Source: Epithemia pelagica (taxonomy: Eukaryota > Protista > Bacillariophyta). From it: DNA of 64,000 nt. A program made the position numbers and the translations under genes. Positions 11,031 through 24,000 of the stretch are shown piece by piece; the first letter of the stretch is position 1, and every line of letters begins with the position of its first letter. The stretch spans positions 62,001-126,000 of the forward strand of contig OX337238.1 of the NCBI GenBank assembly GCA_946965045.2. Direction: 5' to 3'. Below the pieces are notes generated by a model. That model was given only the letters and a program-made list of their open reading frames with translations. It did no database searches and was not told the origin of the DNA.

Positions 11031-14000
11031 TTACATGTTGCCACTACGACGAGGTCGTCCGGAACCACCACTGTAGCCTCCTCCTCCTGAAGAACGATCT
11101 CCTCGATCTCGATATCCACCCCGGTCTCCACCTCGGCCACCCCCGCTTCCACGGTAATTGCCTCCACTGCTGCGAGAATGTCCTCCGTCTCTCCGATAGT
11201 TGCCGCCACCCCGTCCACTACGATTTCCACCACGGTCCCGACTATTGTGCCATCCACCACCTCCACTTCCACGATTGTCATCCTTGTTCCAGTGCAGCTG
11301 TTGGTGATGATGACGACGCTTGTGATGATGGGTCTGGTTGTCACCATTGGCATTTTCATCCATATTGTTACTGTCGTTGAAAGCACCGCCGCTGCCTCCC
11401 ATTTGGGCATCAAGCAAGCGTTCATTGGCTTCCACCAAGCTTGCCGCCTTTTCGGCGTACTGCAGGGCCAAGACTTGGAGCGGTGTGGGTTCCGCCACAA
11501 CCTTTCGCAACAGCACAATGGTTTGGGTTGGTTGATCCCAACTCGCGTACAATTCGCGTTGAATCATCATCTTGGATACCACCGAGTGAACAGCGTTTTG
11601 CGTCATTTCAAACATGCCGCACAATTGCGGTAAGGACAAGGAATCGTACGCCTGAGCCGAAAAGGCCAACAAGTAAGTACGGAGCCCTTCCACCTTGATC
11701 TTTTCCGTCAACATGGTGGCAATATCGTCCGCCGCTCCAGGACCGGGTACCAACTTCCATACGGGCAAGGTCGTCACCAAATCGGCACACGTCTTCCAGT
11801 CTCCCTTCATGAGGGCCTTGGCGGCCCGCATGACAAAATCGCGCGTCTGTTCGGGAGGTCCCGTAAACACTTGGTGATTGTACTGATCGTGGAATTTGCG
11901 AAAGGTACGAGAAATGACGCGAGGGCCTCGACGATTGCCATCGTCCATGGCAGCCGCTGCACTGGCCGCCATATTGGGAACTTCCAACAACATGGCCGAA
12001 ATCAAATGACAGGCTTCGAGCAAATCCAAGTTAATGTGTTGGTGATACGGAACTTGTCGACGCTTTTCGGCCTTTTCTTGTTCGGCACTCTTTTCATTAT
12101 TGAACCGGCTGGAATTAAAGCCTTGGGCCAACAATTCACGAATTCGTCCCGAACACAACTCGGACAAGCATTGATGGGCTTCCGTGATGCGACCCAGTCG
12201 AAAGGCACACAACCCCAAATTCACCATCATGCGATTGTACAGAACCATGATCGTAATGTCATTGCAGGAATAGATCGTGTCTTGCAAATGACTCATGAGC
12301 AACAAATCGCGTGCATCCACGAACCGATTATGAATGGCCCAGTGACAAATTTGACAAATCATGGCTCGTGTTTTCGAAGCTTCCGTTCCATGCTTGTAGA
12401 CAAAGGTACACAAGTCCGACAAGACCGGCGCAAACTCGGTAATCACTGTGGATTCGTCCAAGGTTGGTGGTCCACCTACACATCCGGGGTGCACCTTGGT
12501 AAAATCGTACTCTGGTTCTCCACCCTCTTTGGAGTCTTGCTCCGTCGTTCCACTCACGCGCACACTGGCCGGATGCAACTGATCCACCTGTCCAAACTCT
12601 TGTGTAAAGAGAGCTGCCTTGTCTACTTGGGCAGCGATCGAATCATGTCGATAGTACAAATGTTCCATGCGCAATTGAGCCAGGGAAGCCGCGGTCGCAA
12701 AATCTCCGATTCGTTCGTAATAAGATTGAAATTTGGCCAAGACTTGAACAAGTAGGGACTCATCTCGCAATCGACTGACATAGTCAGGAGAATGATGCGA
12801 GACTTTTTGTAAGGACTTGACATATTCTTCTTCCAAGCGCGTCAAATGCAACGACAAGGATCCCACCACGGGGATTTGCTTCTTTTCGGCATCCGTCAAA
12901 GTCGCTTCGTGTTCCAGTCGCAAGCGTTCGGCGCGCTCGTCGGGTGTTTCCGACTGACCCGTGTGAGGATTGACCAACGGGTCGTCCGCAGCCACGGCTG
13001 CCATGGCGCCACTACCCTCTCCCGACGCAGCGGCGGCCATTTTGGATTCGCCCGTCGCCGCAGCCATGGTGGCATTGGCGGTCGTAGCTGCCGCGCCCAT
13101 TCCCGCCATTCCCGGATCCGCAGTGGTAGCCGCCGTCATGTCGGTTGGAACCACACAATAGTCATCGTCGACTAACCATTTTGCCATGCGTTGCAAATAC
13201 AAAGCACAGGTTTTCCACACAGATGTTTCCATGTAATCGTCCAAAGTACGTTGCAAGCCAAACTGAGCCGAGATAACATGCATGAGAATGGGAACTTCAA
13301 TACGGGGCCCAAAAGACACTGACAACCGATAGAGGGCTTCCAATTCATACAAAACTTGACGGGGATCCTGGTGTTTGTTCTTACTGCTTCGTCCTCGTTG
13401 CATAATGGCCAATTCTCGGACCTTGCGATTCAACAGGGAGGGCGTCAATCCTTCTTGGGGGACAATGGATTTGGTGGCCGATTGCGCTTGATGCGCCTTG
13501 AGGGCCGCTTGTTTTTCGCGCTGTTCCTTGCGGTCCTTGGCTCTGATATCCTTATCCTTGACAATCTTTTGGACCACAGCCGTTGTCTTCTTCAACCAAC
13601 GAGCACGTCCCTTCAATTGAGAAAGACCTGCGTCATCTTCCGAGTCACTGTCGCTGTCACTGCTTCCAGATCCCCATTCATCGGAATCGTCATCGTCCTA
13701 AAAAGACATGGCGTTTGAGGAAAATAAGAGACTGGCGGTGAGAAACACACTAAACAGAACCGAGAAACCACTAAACAGTAATAATTGGCACACAAATCGT
13801 CACTCATGGTTGGAACAGTGGTCTCATTGGAACGTGCATTTGTTTTGGCAGCAAACGCAAGTCCATCGGAAACGAGGAAATCCAAATTGGATTTGTAGTA
13901 CAAATCCTTGTGACGGCCAATGCGCAGACAAACTACACGTACCGAGTCGTCATCATCACTATCTCCTCCAGACTTGGCCTTGGTTGCCTTTTTGCCCTTG

Positions 14001-14701
14001 CTCTTCTTCTTGTCGTCGTCACTGTCGCTATCGCTGTCATCACTGTCACTGTCATCGCTGCTACTATCGTCGCTACTGCTGCTGCTATCGCTATCATCGT
14101 CACTGCTGTCACTGTCGTCGCTGTCTTTCTTTTTTCCACCCGATGCACCAGGACCGGCGCCATCATCTTCCATTTCGTCGTCTTCGTCCGGATTTTGCCG
14201 ATAGGCATTCATGACAACTTGATAGGCCTTGTTGTGTTTCTGCAGGGTCAACTTCATCTTGTTCAAGGCCCGTCCTTGTCGAGCACTGAGCGTTTTGAAT
14301 TGAGCCTTATCTTTGAGTCGTTCGGTATTGTAATCTTGCAATTGCACAAGAATCTTGACGAGCGGGCGCGGAATACCGGCCTTGAGGTATTGTTTGGCCT
14401 TGACCATGGCCTTGGCGAGTTTGTCAAATTCGGTTTGAATGCCATAATAATCTCGCTCTCGCATAAACTGCCGGAGCTGTCGAATGTGCAGTTGAAAGGT
14501 TTCCAGGGCGCGTTCTTTGCCCGATTTGACAACGCGTTGTTCGTCATCGCCACTCGATTCGGAATCGCTCATGGCCACCCATCGATTGCCACCACCACCC
14601 GTCGGACCCGGACCCGAATCCATCGAACTCGAATCGTCATCACTCGAGGCATCGTCCGAATCTGAATCGGAAGAATTGGCACCTGCCCAAAACCGAGACA
14701 T
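11031..14701 (-). CDS. EIF3C: Eukaryotic translation initiation factor 3 subunit C. Exons 14701-13943 and 13697-11031
   Basis: MSRFWAG start, acidic SD-rich N-terminus, RVVKSGKER, LKGRARWLK, ARDLLLMSHLQD, YNRMMVNLGLCAFRLG, PYHQHINLDLLE, FTGPPEQTRD, PCI region (VHSVVSKMMIQRELYASWDQ) and RGG-rich tail. Phase-0 intron 13942..13698 (GTACGT...TAG) restores one frame. Confidence 0.95.
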
Positions 14702-15292
14702 GTTGGTGTTGTTTCCTTCTTGCTTGTTGGAGAAGAGGTTCTTGTTGTTGTGGTTCCAGGAGAGGAATGAGGAATGCGTGTGTGCGTATGTGCTTGGTGG
14801 ATCCGATCCGCGGAGGAACGTGATTGTCGTTTTGTGAGCTAGTCGTCTCCACTGAATTGGACCACTGACAATGGAAGAGTGTTATCCACACAAAAGGGAA
14901 ACAATTGAAACGTTTACCGAGGACGAACGATCAATCAGCGGCAACCACCAACTAGACCATGGATGTGTGTGCAAGTTTCTCGTGTATGTGGCGGCGTGGA
15001 CGCTGTGCGGCGGAGGTCGAAACGTGCGCCGTGTGAATATCGGACGATGACAGACGGTTTCTGGAATTGCTATCCTATTAGATCAGTCCCGAGAGAAATC
15101 ACGAGACAACATATCCATGGGTTTCCTCTGAGTGTAACTCCTAAAATGGTGATGAACCAAAAAAGATCAGAACCCTGACTCGAATAATATGAGACGAAAC
15201 CCCAAATCTATTATAACTATATCGTGCTTTATTGTGAACTAGCCATCCACATTCCGTTTCAGTCTCCTCAACCACACAAGGATGAATGACTC

Positions 15293-16850
15293 TTACTCCT
15301 CAATGGATTCGGTTCTGGTAATGGGAACCATGAGACCGCCATCCTGTTGTCTTCGAGTCTTGTCCGGATTCATCTTTTTCTCGTCGGCGCATCGCACCGT
15401 TAGCTGACAGAGATGAGCGTCATCGGTATTGCGAAACAAATATTCCCGTAGTACGGGTGGAGAAGGGGGAGCCGATGTACCGCCCTGCCGTCCTTTCGGA
15501 ACGAGCAGAAATGGCTGTTGGTGCATGGTTGAAAGGCGACCATGAGAATTGGTCCCAGCTTTTGTGGCCAATGCTTCCAACACGTGTTGACGCAAGGATG
15601 CGTCCTTGTCATCAATCTCGAGATTCGAAACAATCTCTGTAACCTTGGTACTGTTTGCTCGTCGTCCATTCGTGCGTTGTTGTTGTAAGTATTCTCGGAG
15701 CAAACGCCCCACCAACTCATAGTGGCTGGGAAAATTATGGAGAAGTGACAATGCGTTCGCCAGCAGTGGTGAAGAAGAAAAGGACTAATGCTCGGAAACA
15801 CAGAAGGACTGCTGATGAGCGACGAACTCGGACATTCACTAGGTGAATTAGATGGAGACTTGGACGGATGGATACCATAGTCCACAGTAGGTACCAATGA
15901 TAGATTGGAACTCGGAGGGCTACTTGGGCTCGAGGTCGGACTTGAACTTGGCGATTCACTGGGAGATTCGGAAGGAGCCGCACTGCTGCCAGACACCGAG
16001 GGCGGACTAGATGGCGAATTGCTGGGAGAACTTGACGGTGATGCGCTGGGACTCGAACTGCGACTTGCGCTAGGTGGTGAAGGAGCTGAGCTTGGAGCAC
16101 TGCTACTTCTAGGAGATTCTGAAAGGGAAACTTAACGTGAAGACGAAGACGATGGACGTACGCTTGGACTGCTGCTAGGACTGTTGCTTGGTTCCGAACT
16201 TGAAGTAATCGATGGAGCTGAAGAGGGCTCAGAACTCGGACTGAAACGGGGGGAAGAACTAGGGCTGGTGCTGAGTTCCAAACTTGGTCATGCACTTGCA
16301 CTTGCACTTGGGACGAACTCGGTGACACACTGGGACTTGCACTATGGGACGAACTCGGTGGTGAACTGAGCGAGGAACTTTTGGTTCCGAACTCGGGATG
16401 AACTGGGAGATGTATTTGCTGACATACCCAGAAGAGCACTGGGAGGTGAACTCGGATTGGCACATTGCAAGTCCATGCTGTCTTATGGTGAGCGAAAAAC
16501 TTGTAGAGTTCTGCTGCTTTCGGGTGGTATCATGGCACTATACCGACACAAAGTCGTCGTCCATGGATTGGTAAGTGTGTGCGCTACGGCAGGAACCGAC
16601 AGTGGTGCATTCCAAAAACGGAAGAGCTTCGTCCAGCTTCTTTTGGTTTTGGTTCATGGCCTCGTGTTTGATGAGTCCGACAAAAGGTGAATCCGTCCGA
16701 TGATAAGAACAGGAGCAGAAGCACGACAAGGCGAAACCTTGTTGGACCTGATGTTGTCCGCTTCTGATGGTTCTTCCTCGAAATTTGAGAATAGGTCGAC
16801 TTTTGGATGGAAGCAAGGAGGACTGTGTCTCCTGTCCAATTCCGACATGA
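15293..16850 (-). pseudogene. Disrupted Pro/Ser-rich (PSxxPS repeat) mucin-like membrane or secreted protein
   Basis: Long PSSSPSxSP repeat tract is split across all three frames, with in-frame TGA (about 16290) and TAA (about 16134). A hydrophobic segment RLVVLLLLFL lies in a different frame from its upstream Met. Confidence 0.55.
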
Positions 16851-18085
16851 TGACCAAGAACAGTTTGTCCGTTTCGGAGGAGTCACCACGCTTCAAATCA
16901 AATTCGAAGAAGGAAACACAGAGGGACCGCAGTGACTTGTGGTACAGGCCCTCATTGGTAAAGGATGCCGTGTCGAAAATGGCCCGTCGATCAAAGAATC
17001 GTCGTGGAGAGTTGTAGAGGTGGAGTGTTCTTCTTTGGGACTCTTGTTGTCAAGGTTGTTTCTCGTCGTCGTCGTGTCATGGGTTCTTCTTCTCCTCCTT
17101 GGTTTGGCTCCACCTCGACGGAAAAAAGCATGCCTCTGGTTGCTGCTGTTGTTGTTGCTGCTTCCCCCGCTCATGACGCAATTGGCATCCATCAGGGGAT
17201 ATCGAACGGGTCTGCTATGGACGGTCGTTTGGTGGAATTTGGTTCTGGTCGCGGCTCCCTCCAAGTCTGGTTCTTCGCCTGCAACCAACCTTGGTTGGTG
17301 GCTGGTCCACTGTGCAGGCTACCACTCATACTCCGAAAGGACGTATTGTAGTGCTCCCTACAATGGATTTGCCCAATCCTCCTGCCTTGCCAGCAATCAC
17401 AGCTGTAGTAGTGTCTTCATCCTCCTCCTCTTCTTTGTTAGGATTGTTCCTGTTGCCGTCCTTGTCGTTTTCGGCACTACGAGCGCAACCGTCGTGGTCA
17501 CTGTCTTTGTCGTTCGTCCCTTCTGTAGTTGTGCACACCACCGCTTTCGGGACGAATATCGCTGCTCTTGGAGGACGAATGACGACGGGCCCACGACACG
17601 ATCTTCTTCTTCTTCTTCCTGGTCCTTCTGGATGGCCGTGTTCAAGGTGGATTTGCTTTCCGAGTGGCGTTCTCTCCACCTCCTTCTCTCTCTCTCTTGG
17701 TTGTGTTCCACGGACGGTTGTGCGTGGTCCTCGGTCCTGGTCTTGGTGGATTGTTGGTTGCTTTCGTCAAGCGCCGACTCGCCGCACCTCCATTGCCGTG
17801 CCGACGGCCGACACACGCAAACCGGCATCGTCTACTTTACTTTCTGGCTGGTCTCGTAGGCAAAGCAAAAGTGTCCGCTCGCACGCTCCAAACTCCAAAC
17901 TCCAAACACAAAACCAAAAACCCTCTGCTGAAAATCAAATTGCTGTCAAACCAAAACCAAAAACCAAAAAACAAAAAGAAAGTCTATCTGTTATCGTTAT
18001 CATGCGTATTGTTATCTTTACGTGTTGTAATGACCTTGTGAATTCTCCACCATTCGTGTGTGAATGTAGTCGCATGAAGCGCAAG

Positions 18086-18335
18086 CGGTGTCTGTACTGG
18101 GTGGAGTGACGTGGCCGATGCTGGCCAGACTCCGCGACCGACAACAGAGGTGCGACTGCTCCGCCTCCTCGACGCGAGGCGAGCATCCGATTTGATTCCC
18201 ACAATCGGAAGTTTTAGGATGACCCTGATGCAGAGTCGTTGGAGCGTGAGAAGAGCTCACTCTTCTTGGGTTCAGCATCTTTGCAACGACTACGAGACGA
18301 GTTCGAGATCGCAACGATTCTAGTTAGCTAATCTT
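18086..18335 (+). repeat. Ngaro repeat A1 (250 bp)
   Basis: Matches 25538-25787 except for two G/A differences (ccctgatgcagag vs ccctaatgcaaag). Confidence 0.95.
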
Positions 18336-18355
18336 CTGAGTTTACCTTGTTCATC

Positions 18356-18874
18356 ATGACTTTCTCTGGTTCCAATCCGTTCCTCGACGATATCTTTCCG
18401 AAGAAACCGTCGTCGGCCAAGGGATCTGATCCCCCTGCTCCTTTCTCGTCTGCTCCCGTGGCAGCCGTCGTCTCCCAACCTGACGATCCGAAAGGAGATC
18501 AGAAACCTTCCGCCTCCAACAAGAAGTCCTCTCTCAAGGCTCATGCTCCTAAAGAAGATGATGACATTTACTCTGTCGAGTCCGATTCCGAAGCCCAAGA
18601 GAAACTTTTCGCTGAAGCCAAGACCATCTCTGCTTCTAGCGACAAGACCAAGAACCCCAAGGCTCCGCCTCCTCTTGCTTTGAAACGCTTCGATTCTCTC
18701 ATTGCTTCCAAAGAAGATCCGACTGGCAACGATGATGAACTTCTCCTCACGGAAGGAGAGATTGGTACTGACCCTGACGCCGAAAACCCACCCTTTCTTC
18801 TTCGTGCAGGCGCCTATCGTCATGAGTTCTATTTCACTCATGATTTCCACAAGCTCTTTGTCTCGCGGTGGTAA
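18356..18874 (+). CDS. Ngaro ORF1a (N-terminal part of gag-like protein)
   Basis: First ATG after repeat A1; low-complexity charged protein; overlaps the downstream ORF in the +1 frame. Confidence 0.55.
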   Translation: MTFSGSNPFLDDIFPKKPSSAKGSDPPAPFSSAPVAAVVSQPDDPKGDQKPSASNKKSSLKAHAPKEDDDIYSVESDSEAQEKLFAEAKTISASSDKTKNPKAPPPLALKRFDSLIASKEDPTGNDDELLLTEGEIGTDPDAENPPFLLRAGAYRHEFYFTHDFHKLFVSRW

Positions 18875-21023
18875 CCCCTTTCTCTTTCACAACCTTTGTT
18901 GCCCTGAGAATTGTGGTTCCTTTATTGATCCCCAGATCCCGTTTTATGGTCTCAATTGCATCCCGTTCGAGTCCATCCCGTTCCAACTTGACAACGATGA
19001 TGTTCCCCTCCTCTTAAGCGATCACGTGTTCTCTCAAGTCCCCACTTTTGCGGAGATCCTCGATCATTGCGTCGTTGAAATTGATGACTTCTCCCCGTCG
19101 TCATCTTTCCCTCACCTGACCTTCGATTCATCCAAGTTCAAAAGCTTCTCTGGTGTTGCTTCCAGCTCCTCTTCCTCCTCGAAGACCGATCGTGACTTTG
19201 TCTGCTCGAGCTTATGCCTCATCCCACCTTGTTTCTCTGGATTGATGCTCCACAACACCGATGCCTCGACCCACAATGTCAACGTCTCGTTTGAGGACTT
19301 AGCCAGTGGATTGTACAAGGTTGCCCTCCACCATTGGTGGACGTCCTCCATGGACAGTACCGTAGAGGTCAAGAAGAAAGGTATGCCTCTTGACTACCCT
19401 CTCCTCATGATTCAAGAGCCGATCATTCGCTTCCTTTGGATTGTTCTTCACCGTCGAGACAGCCCCAAGTTGCAGATTGTTTTCCCATCGATTCCCAAGG
19501 ACCCTTCGAAAGCGAATTCCACGATTTCGATTCATCGCTCCCGAGTCTTTCCCAACCTTGCTCCTCAAGCCCGCACGACACCGTCATCTTCCAAGCGCCC
19601 ATCTTTGCGTCGCTCCTCGTCAAATGTCCGCTTTCAATCGACATCTCCGGTTGATTGTTTGATGCCGCCTCAAGATACCTCCCCATCGACAGATCAGCTC
19701 TCTTCCCAAGGCAATGGCGTCCGAATGCTTGACGACGATGGCAATGTCCATTTTGTCTCTCCCGAGATGTTCTTACTCTCGAAATGCATTAAGGAGATGA
19801 CATCCAAGAAAAGCGGCAACGAAGATGACATCACTGCCCCTGAATCAAAAAGCATGTTTCGCGACATGCCACTGAACGCCCAGAAGACTTTGCGCCTTGG
19901 ATCGATTACTTCATCTGCCATCTCTTTACCAGATGAATTGTCCCAGATCATCAAAATCGTCTGGAAATCGAAAAACTCCGCAACATTCTTTGAGTCTTTT
20001 CTCGCCGAAGTCTTCGACCCCTCAGACAATGCATGCACCATCCTTTTCGGACAATGCACCGTCATTCAACGCTTGGGTTTACGTTGGAAGTCCGAAGCTT
20101 GTCCAGGGGGTTTCAGTCCCTTCTCGTTTGATCCCTACGCCATTCCAGGCTTGGATTTGAACAACACCCTAGACAAGAATATCCGACAACAGATTCATGA
20201 CGCTTCCTTGTTTCACTTAAACGATATGAAACAATCCAAGGACATGCAGCAATTGTACTCTGACCACAACCTATTTTTCCCGAGAACAGCGGATGAGTTC
20301 GAAAAGCAGTTGCGTTCTTTCTGGGCATGCGCAAAAGGCCTTTGTGGCTCGTCTTCGATGATTGCGAACCAAGTTCTCAAGGTCTTGAACTTTTACCACA
20401 AGTTTCGGACAAAGATTATGGCCAAGCAACAGAGCTCGGGTAGCGACTTTTATTTTGGGCAATTTCTTTTTGCCATCGACGAAGCTGTTCAAGAGTTCGT
20501 TACGACCCTATCGAGTGCTTCATCACTAGCAGACATTGGCTTCAACGATTTCGAAGAACGCGTGAATTGGATCTTATTCAATGTCAAGACCGGTTCGACT
20601 CTCGTTTCCCTCCCTCCGGCACTACAAGCCAAATTCCAAGCCAACCAACTCAAGCACTCCCAAAAGAAACGTTCGACAGGTTCTGATGACGGTCCTTCCA
20701 ATCCCAAGCGTCAACAGAATTCATCTTCGTCGAACTCTGACCCACCCAAGACCCCCATCACTTTTGACTCCCCATCCAATTGGCAACTTCCATCCGAATC
20801 CAATTACATGAGTGTGTTCCCACCAAGCGTTCTTTCCAACATCCCCTTCGTGACGAAAGATGGGGGGAAGAAGCAACATTTTTGCAACATCTTGTTCACC
20901 AAAGGAATCTGCAAGAAAGGCAAGAAATGTAAATTTCTTCATGATGATCCCAGCAAACACAACAAGAAAGAGGCCATGGACGAGTTCTACCGATCCGCAT
21001 ATGCCAATGCGAATCGCAATTGA
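18702..21023 (+). CDS. Ngaro ORF1b gag-like protein with C-terminal CCCH zinc finger
   Basis: 773-codon open frame; CNILFTKGICKKGKKCKFLH is C-x8-C-x5-C-x3-H. Confidence 0.75.
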   Translation: MLPKKIRLATMMNFSSRKERLVLTLTPKTHPFFFVQAPIVMSSISLMISTSSLSRGGNPFLFHNLCCPENCGSFIDPQIPFYGLNCIPFESIPFQLDNDDVPLLLSDHVFSQVPTFAEILDHCVVEIDDFSPSSSFPHLTFDSSKFKSFSGVASSSSSSSKTDRDFVCSSLCLIPPCFSGLMLHNTDASTHNVNVSFEDLASGLYKVALHHWWTSSMDSTVEVKKKGMPLDYPLLMIQEPIIRFLWIVLHRRDSPKLQIVFPSIPKDPSKANSTISIHRSRVFPNLAPQARTTPSSSKRPSLRRSSSNVRFQSTSPVDCLMPPQDTSPSTDQLSSQGNGVRMLDDDGNVHFVSPEMFLLSKCIKEMTSKKSGNEDDITAPESKSMFRDMPLNAQKTLRLGSITSSAISLPDELSQIIKIVWKSKNSATFFESFLAEVFDPSDNACTILFGQCTVIQRLGLRWKSEACPGGFSPFSFDPYAIPGLDLNNTLDKNIRQQIHDASLFHLNDMKQSKDMQQLYSDHNLFFPRTADEFEKQLRSFWACAKGLCGSSSMIANQVLKVLNFYHKFRTKIMAKQQSSGSDFYFGQFLFAIDEAVQEFVTTLSSASSLADIGFNDFEERVNWILFNVKTGSTLVSLPPALQAKFQANQLKHSQKKRSTGSDDGPSNPKRQQNSSSSNSDPPKTPITFDSPSNWQLPSESNYMSVFPPSVLSNIPFVTKDGGKKQHFCNILFTKGICKKGKKCKFLHDDPSKHNKKEAMDEFYRSAYANANRN

Positions 21024-21035
21024 CGCCAGGACGGG

Positions 21036-24000
21036 TTGATTGTTTCTTCATCATCGAATTCATCTTCCTTTTTGCGAGACGACTCTCGACCCACCGATAA
21101 TAGTAAAAATATAGTCGCGGAATCTTCTTCTTACTCCAAGCCTCTTTCACCTTCATCACCTTCCGCATCCAACATTGTTGCATCCTTCCTCCCTCCATTG
21201 GCGACACCGTCGTCTGACCAAAAACCCAAGATTCCAAGCACTGCGAACCCTTTCCTGGTTCATCATGTCACACAAGATTACTCAAGATACCCCGAGACTC
21301 GTCAACGAGAACTCTCCGATCTGATCTCGTCCGTTCAGAATCAATGTGTCATCACGTCTGATTCTGCTCCCAAGATCCGTTCGTCCGTTGACGCATCCCC
21401 CACCAACTCCACGATTGCCACCAATCGTTCCCAACCAACCTCGAAGGATCTCGCAAGAGACTCCTTTTCCGTTGGCACCCCAACAAGACCCCCAAGTCCC
21501 CCAACTTCCCTTTCCGAAAATCTGCCCTCACAAATTGCGGAATCTCTCCCAGGGAGCTCCTCTGCAATCATCGGGTCTGATTTTTCCGGCAAGCCATTAC
21601 AACGAAATGTGAAAAGACTTGAACAAGCTCGAAAAGCGGATTTAAATTTACTAGGTGAGTCTAACATTGCTGATGACACAGAGTTTCGTTCCCCAAGTTC
21701 CGCTCTATGCTACCTTCCCAATAAGATTTCCAAGATTTTTCCCTCAAGACTGGCCCCTCCTCCACTCCAACCGATTAGCCAACCAATTCGTCTTTCCGTC
21801 ATGCTTTTCATCGCCGATCACAAGCCATCAACCCCCAAGCCATCACCCTTTCGTCACTCTATCGACGATTCTGTTGTTTTGTCCAATGCAACCTTCAACT
21901 CACAGCTGATTGAACGGTTTGATTTTGACATGCAACGAGTGATCGACAGTCACCCCGACTCCGTCATCACACCCGGCTCGGAATTTCGCACAGCCCAAAT
22001 TCTCGAACCACTCCTAGCCGGCCACCCATACTGGTCACGGTTTCACCACAATATCACGCATGGTGTCTCCTATCCTCTCACAGCTGAGGAAGACGAGCCA
22101 GCCAGACGCGCTGAAAACGAGGCAATCCTCGAATACGGCAATCACGCCTCTGGTAAAAAGAATCCAGAAGCTCTCTCGAAAGTCCTCCGCAAAGACGCTT
22201 CGAAAGGTTTCTCCCTTCCAATCACCTTCAACTGTGCCAAACGTATCAAGCACAGCCAAATCAGTCCCATGGGCGTCGCTCACCAACTCGGCATTGATGC
22301 CAACGGCGACCTTGTTCCGAAAGACCGCTTGACACACGACCAGTCCTTTTCCCTCGGATTTTGCCCCTCGACCAACGACTTGATCGACCAAAGCAAATTG
22401 ATTGACCTTGTGATGGGCCACTGTTTAGACCGTGTTCTCCACCAGATTGTTGCATTGCGTTGGAAATTTCCCACCGATCGCATCCTCATCAGCAAGTTTG
22501 ATTGGTCATCTGCCTATCGTCGCGTCCATGGCGATGGCGATGTCGCAGCAAGGAATATTACCATTGACCCCTCCAATTCCTTTGCTCACCTCAATCTACG
22601 GTTGACCTTTGGAGCATCCGCCAACCCGGCCGAATTTTCCATCGTCTCCGAAATTGGAACTGACTTCTGCAACGACCTGGCCGATTTCGATGAATGGCAG
22701 CCAGACCTTTGTCAATCGCCACTCCAAGAAGGAATTGGAGGACCCAAGTATTTACCAGAGGAAGTTCCAATCGTCGCAGCATGTGAATTGGCAGTCTCTG
22801 TCCCACCACGTCCCCATGGTTTTCACGACTCATATCTGGATGATATGATCCAAGTCTTCCTTGCAACCAACCCTCACCTAGGCCGATGCCCGAGCATCGT
22901 TCCTCTCGTCGTCCATCTCATGACAAGACCAGTTGCCAAGGATGAGCCAATTACACGAAAAGACATGCTGGAAGCCGATAAACTTGAAGCCGAAGGTGCA
23001 CCCGCTGAAGAACAACGAGTTCTCGGGTGGATTGTTGACACAAGACGACTTCTCCTTCGTCTCCCAAAAGATAAACTGATTGGTTGGACCCGAGAAGTCC
23101 AACATCTTCTCAAGACCCGTCGAACCACCTTCCACAACCTCCGTAGCTTGATTGGAAAATTACTACATGCCACCAAAGGCATACCCCACGCATCCTTTTG
23201 GTTGTCTCGCCTTCGCGAGTACCAAACCTTCATTGAACGGGCGTTCCGACAAAAACAGAAAGCAAAACCACCCGAGACGAACAAGAATCCGAAACGTCCT
23301 CGACCCAACCGAGACGTCCCTCCAGCATTCTATCGGTACTCCATTCCAGACTCCATCGCCAAGGATCTTGAAATGTGGCCGTCTCTCCTCCAACATGCCC
23401 ACAACGGCATCTTGCTCAATCGACTGGTTTGTCGCGTTCCCACCCATCTCTTCCATGCCGACTCCTGCCCCGAAGGGATGGGCGGTTACTCGGTGCGATC
23501 CGGCAGAGCATGGCGATTCCGAATCGACCAAGCAAGACTCCAAGCTCTTGCCCAACTCGACCCATCATCCACCAACACACGCACCAACAATCTCTTTGAA
23601 TACATCGCAATTGTTGTGTCAATGTGGGTTGATTGTTGGTTCGATGGCATCGAAGAAAACTCGGCCGTACTGAGTCTCTCCGACAACTCGTCCGCCGTCG
23701 GCTGGATGTACAAATCATCCTTCGGATCTGACAAGCCGTTGCATGTCCAAGTCTCCAAGAAGCTAACAGAACTTATTCTTCACCACAAGTTCTCCCTTCA
23801 AGCCGAGCATATTCCAGGGAGCAAGAACGATGTGTCAGATATCTTGTCACGACACTGGCATCTTAACGATAACGAACTTACCCTTTTTCTTCATGAAAAT
23901 TTTATGTCGCAGATTCCCGAGAATTTTCACATCAATCCCTTACCCAACGAAATACTATGTTGGATCTCCTCGATCGTGCCAGCGTGTCCCGAATCTTCTT

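Noticed and set aside
16893-18080. ORFs flanking the left end of the Ngaro element, and 25983-26360 on the right, as an interrupted host gene
   Set aside because: Joining the flanks gives only a short frame without a recognisable motif; cannot be supported.
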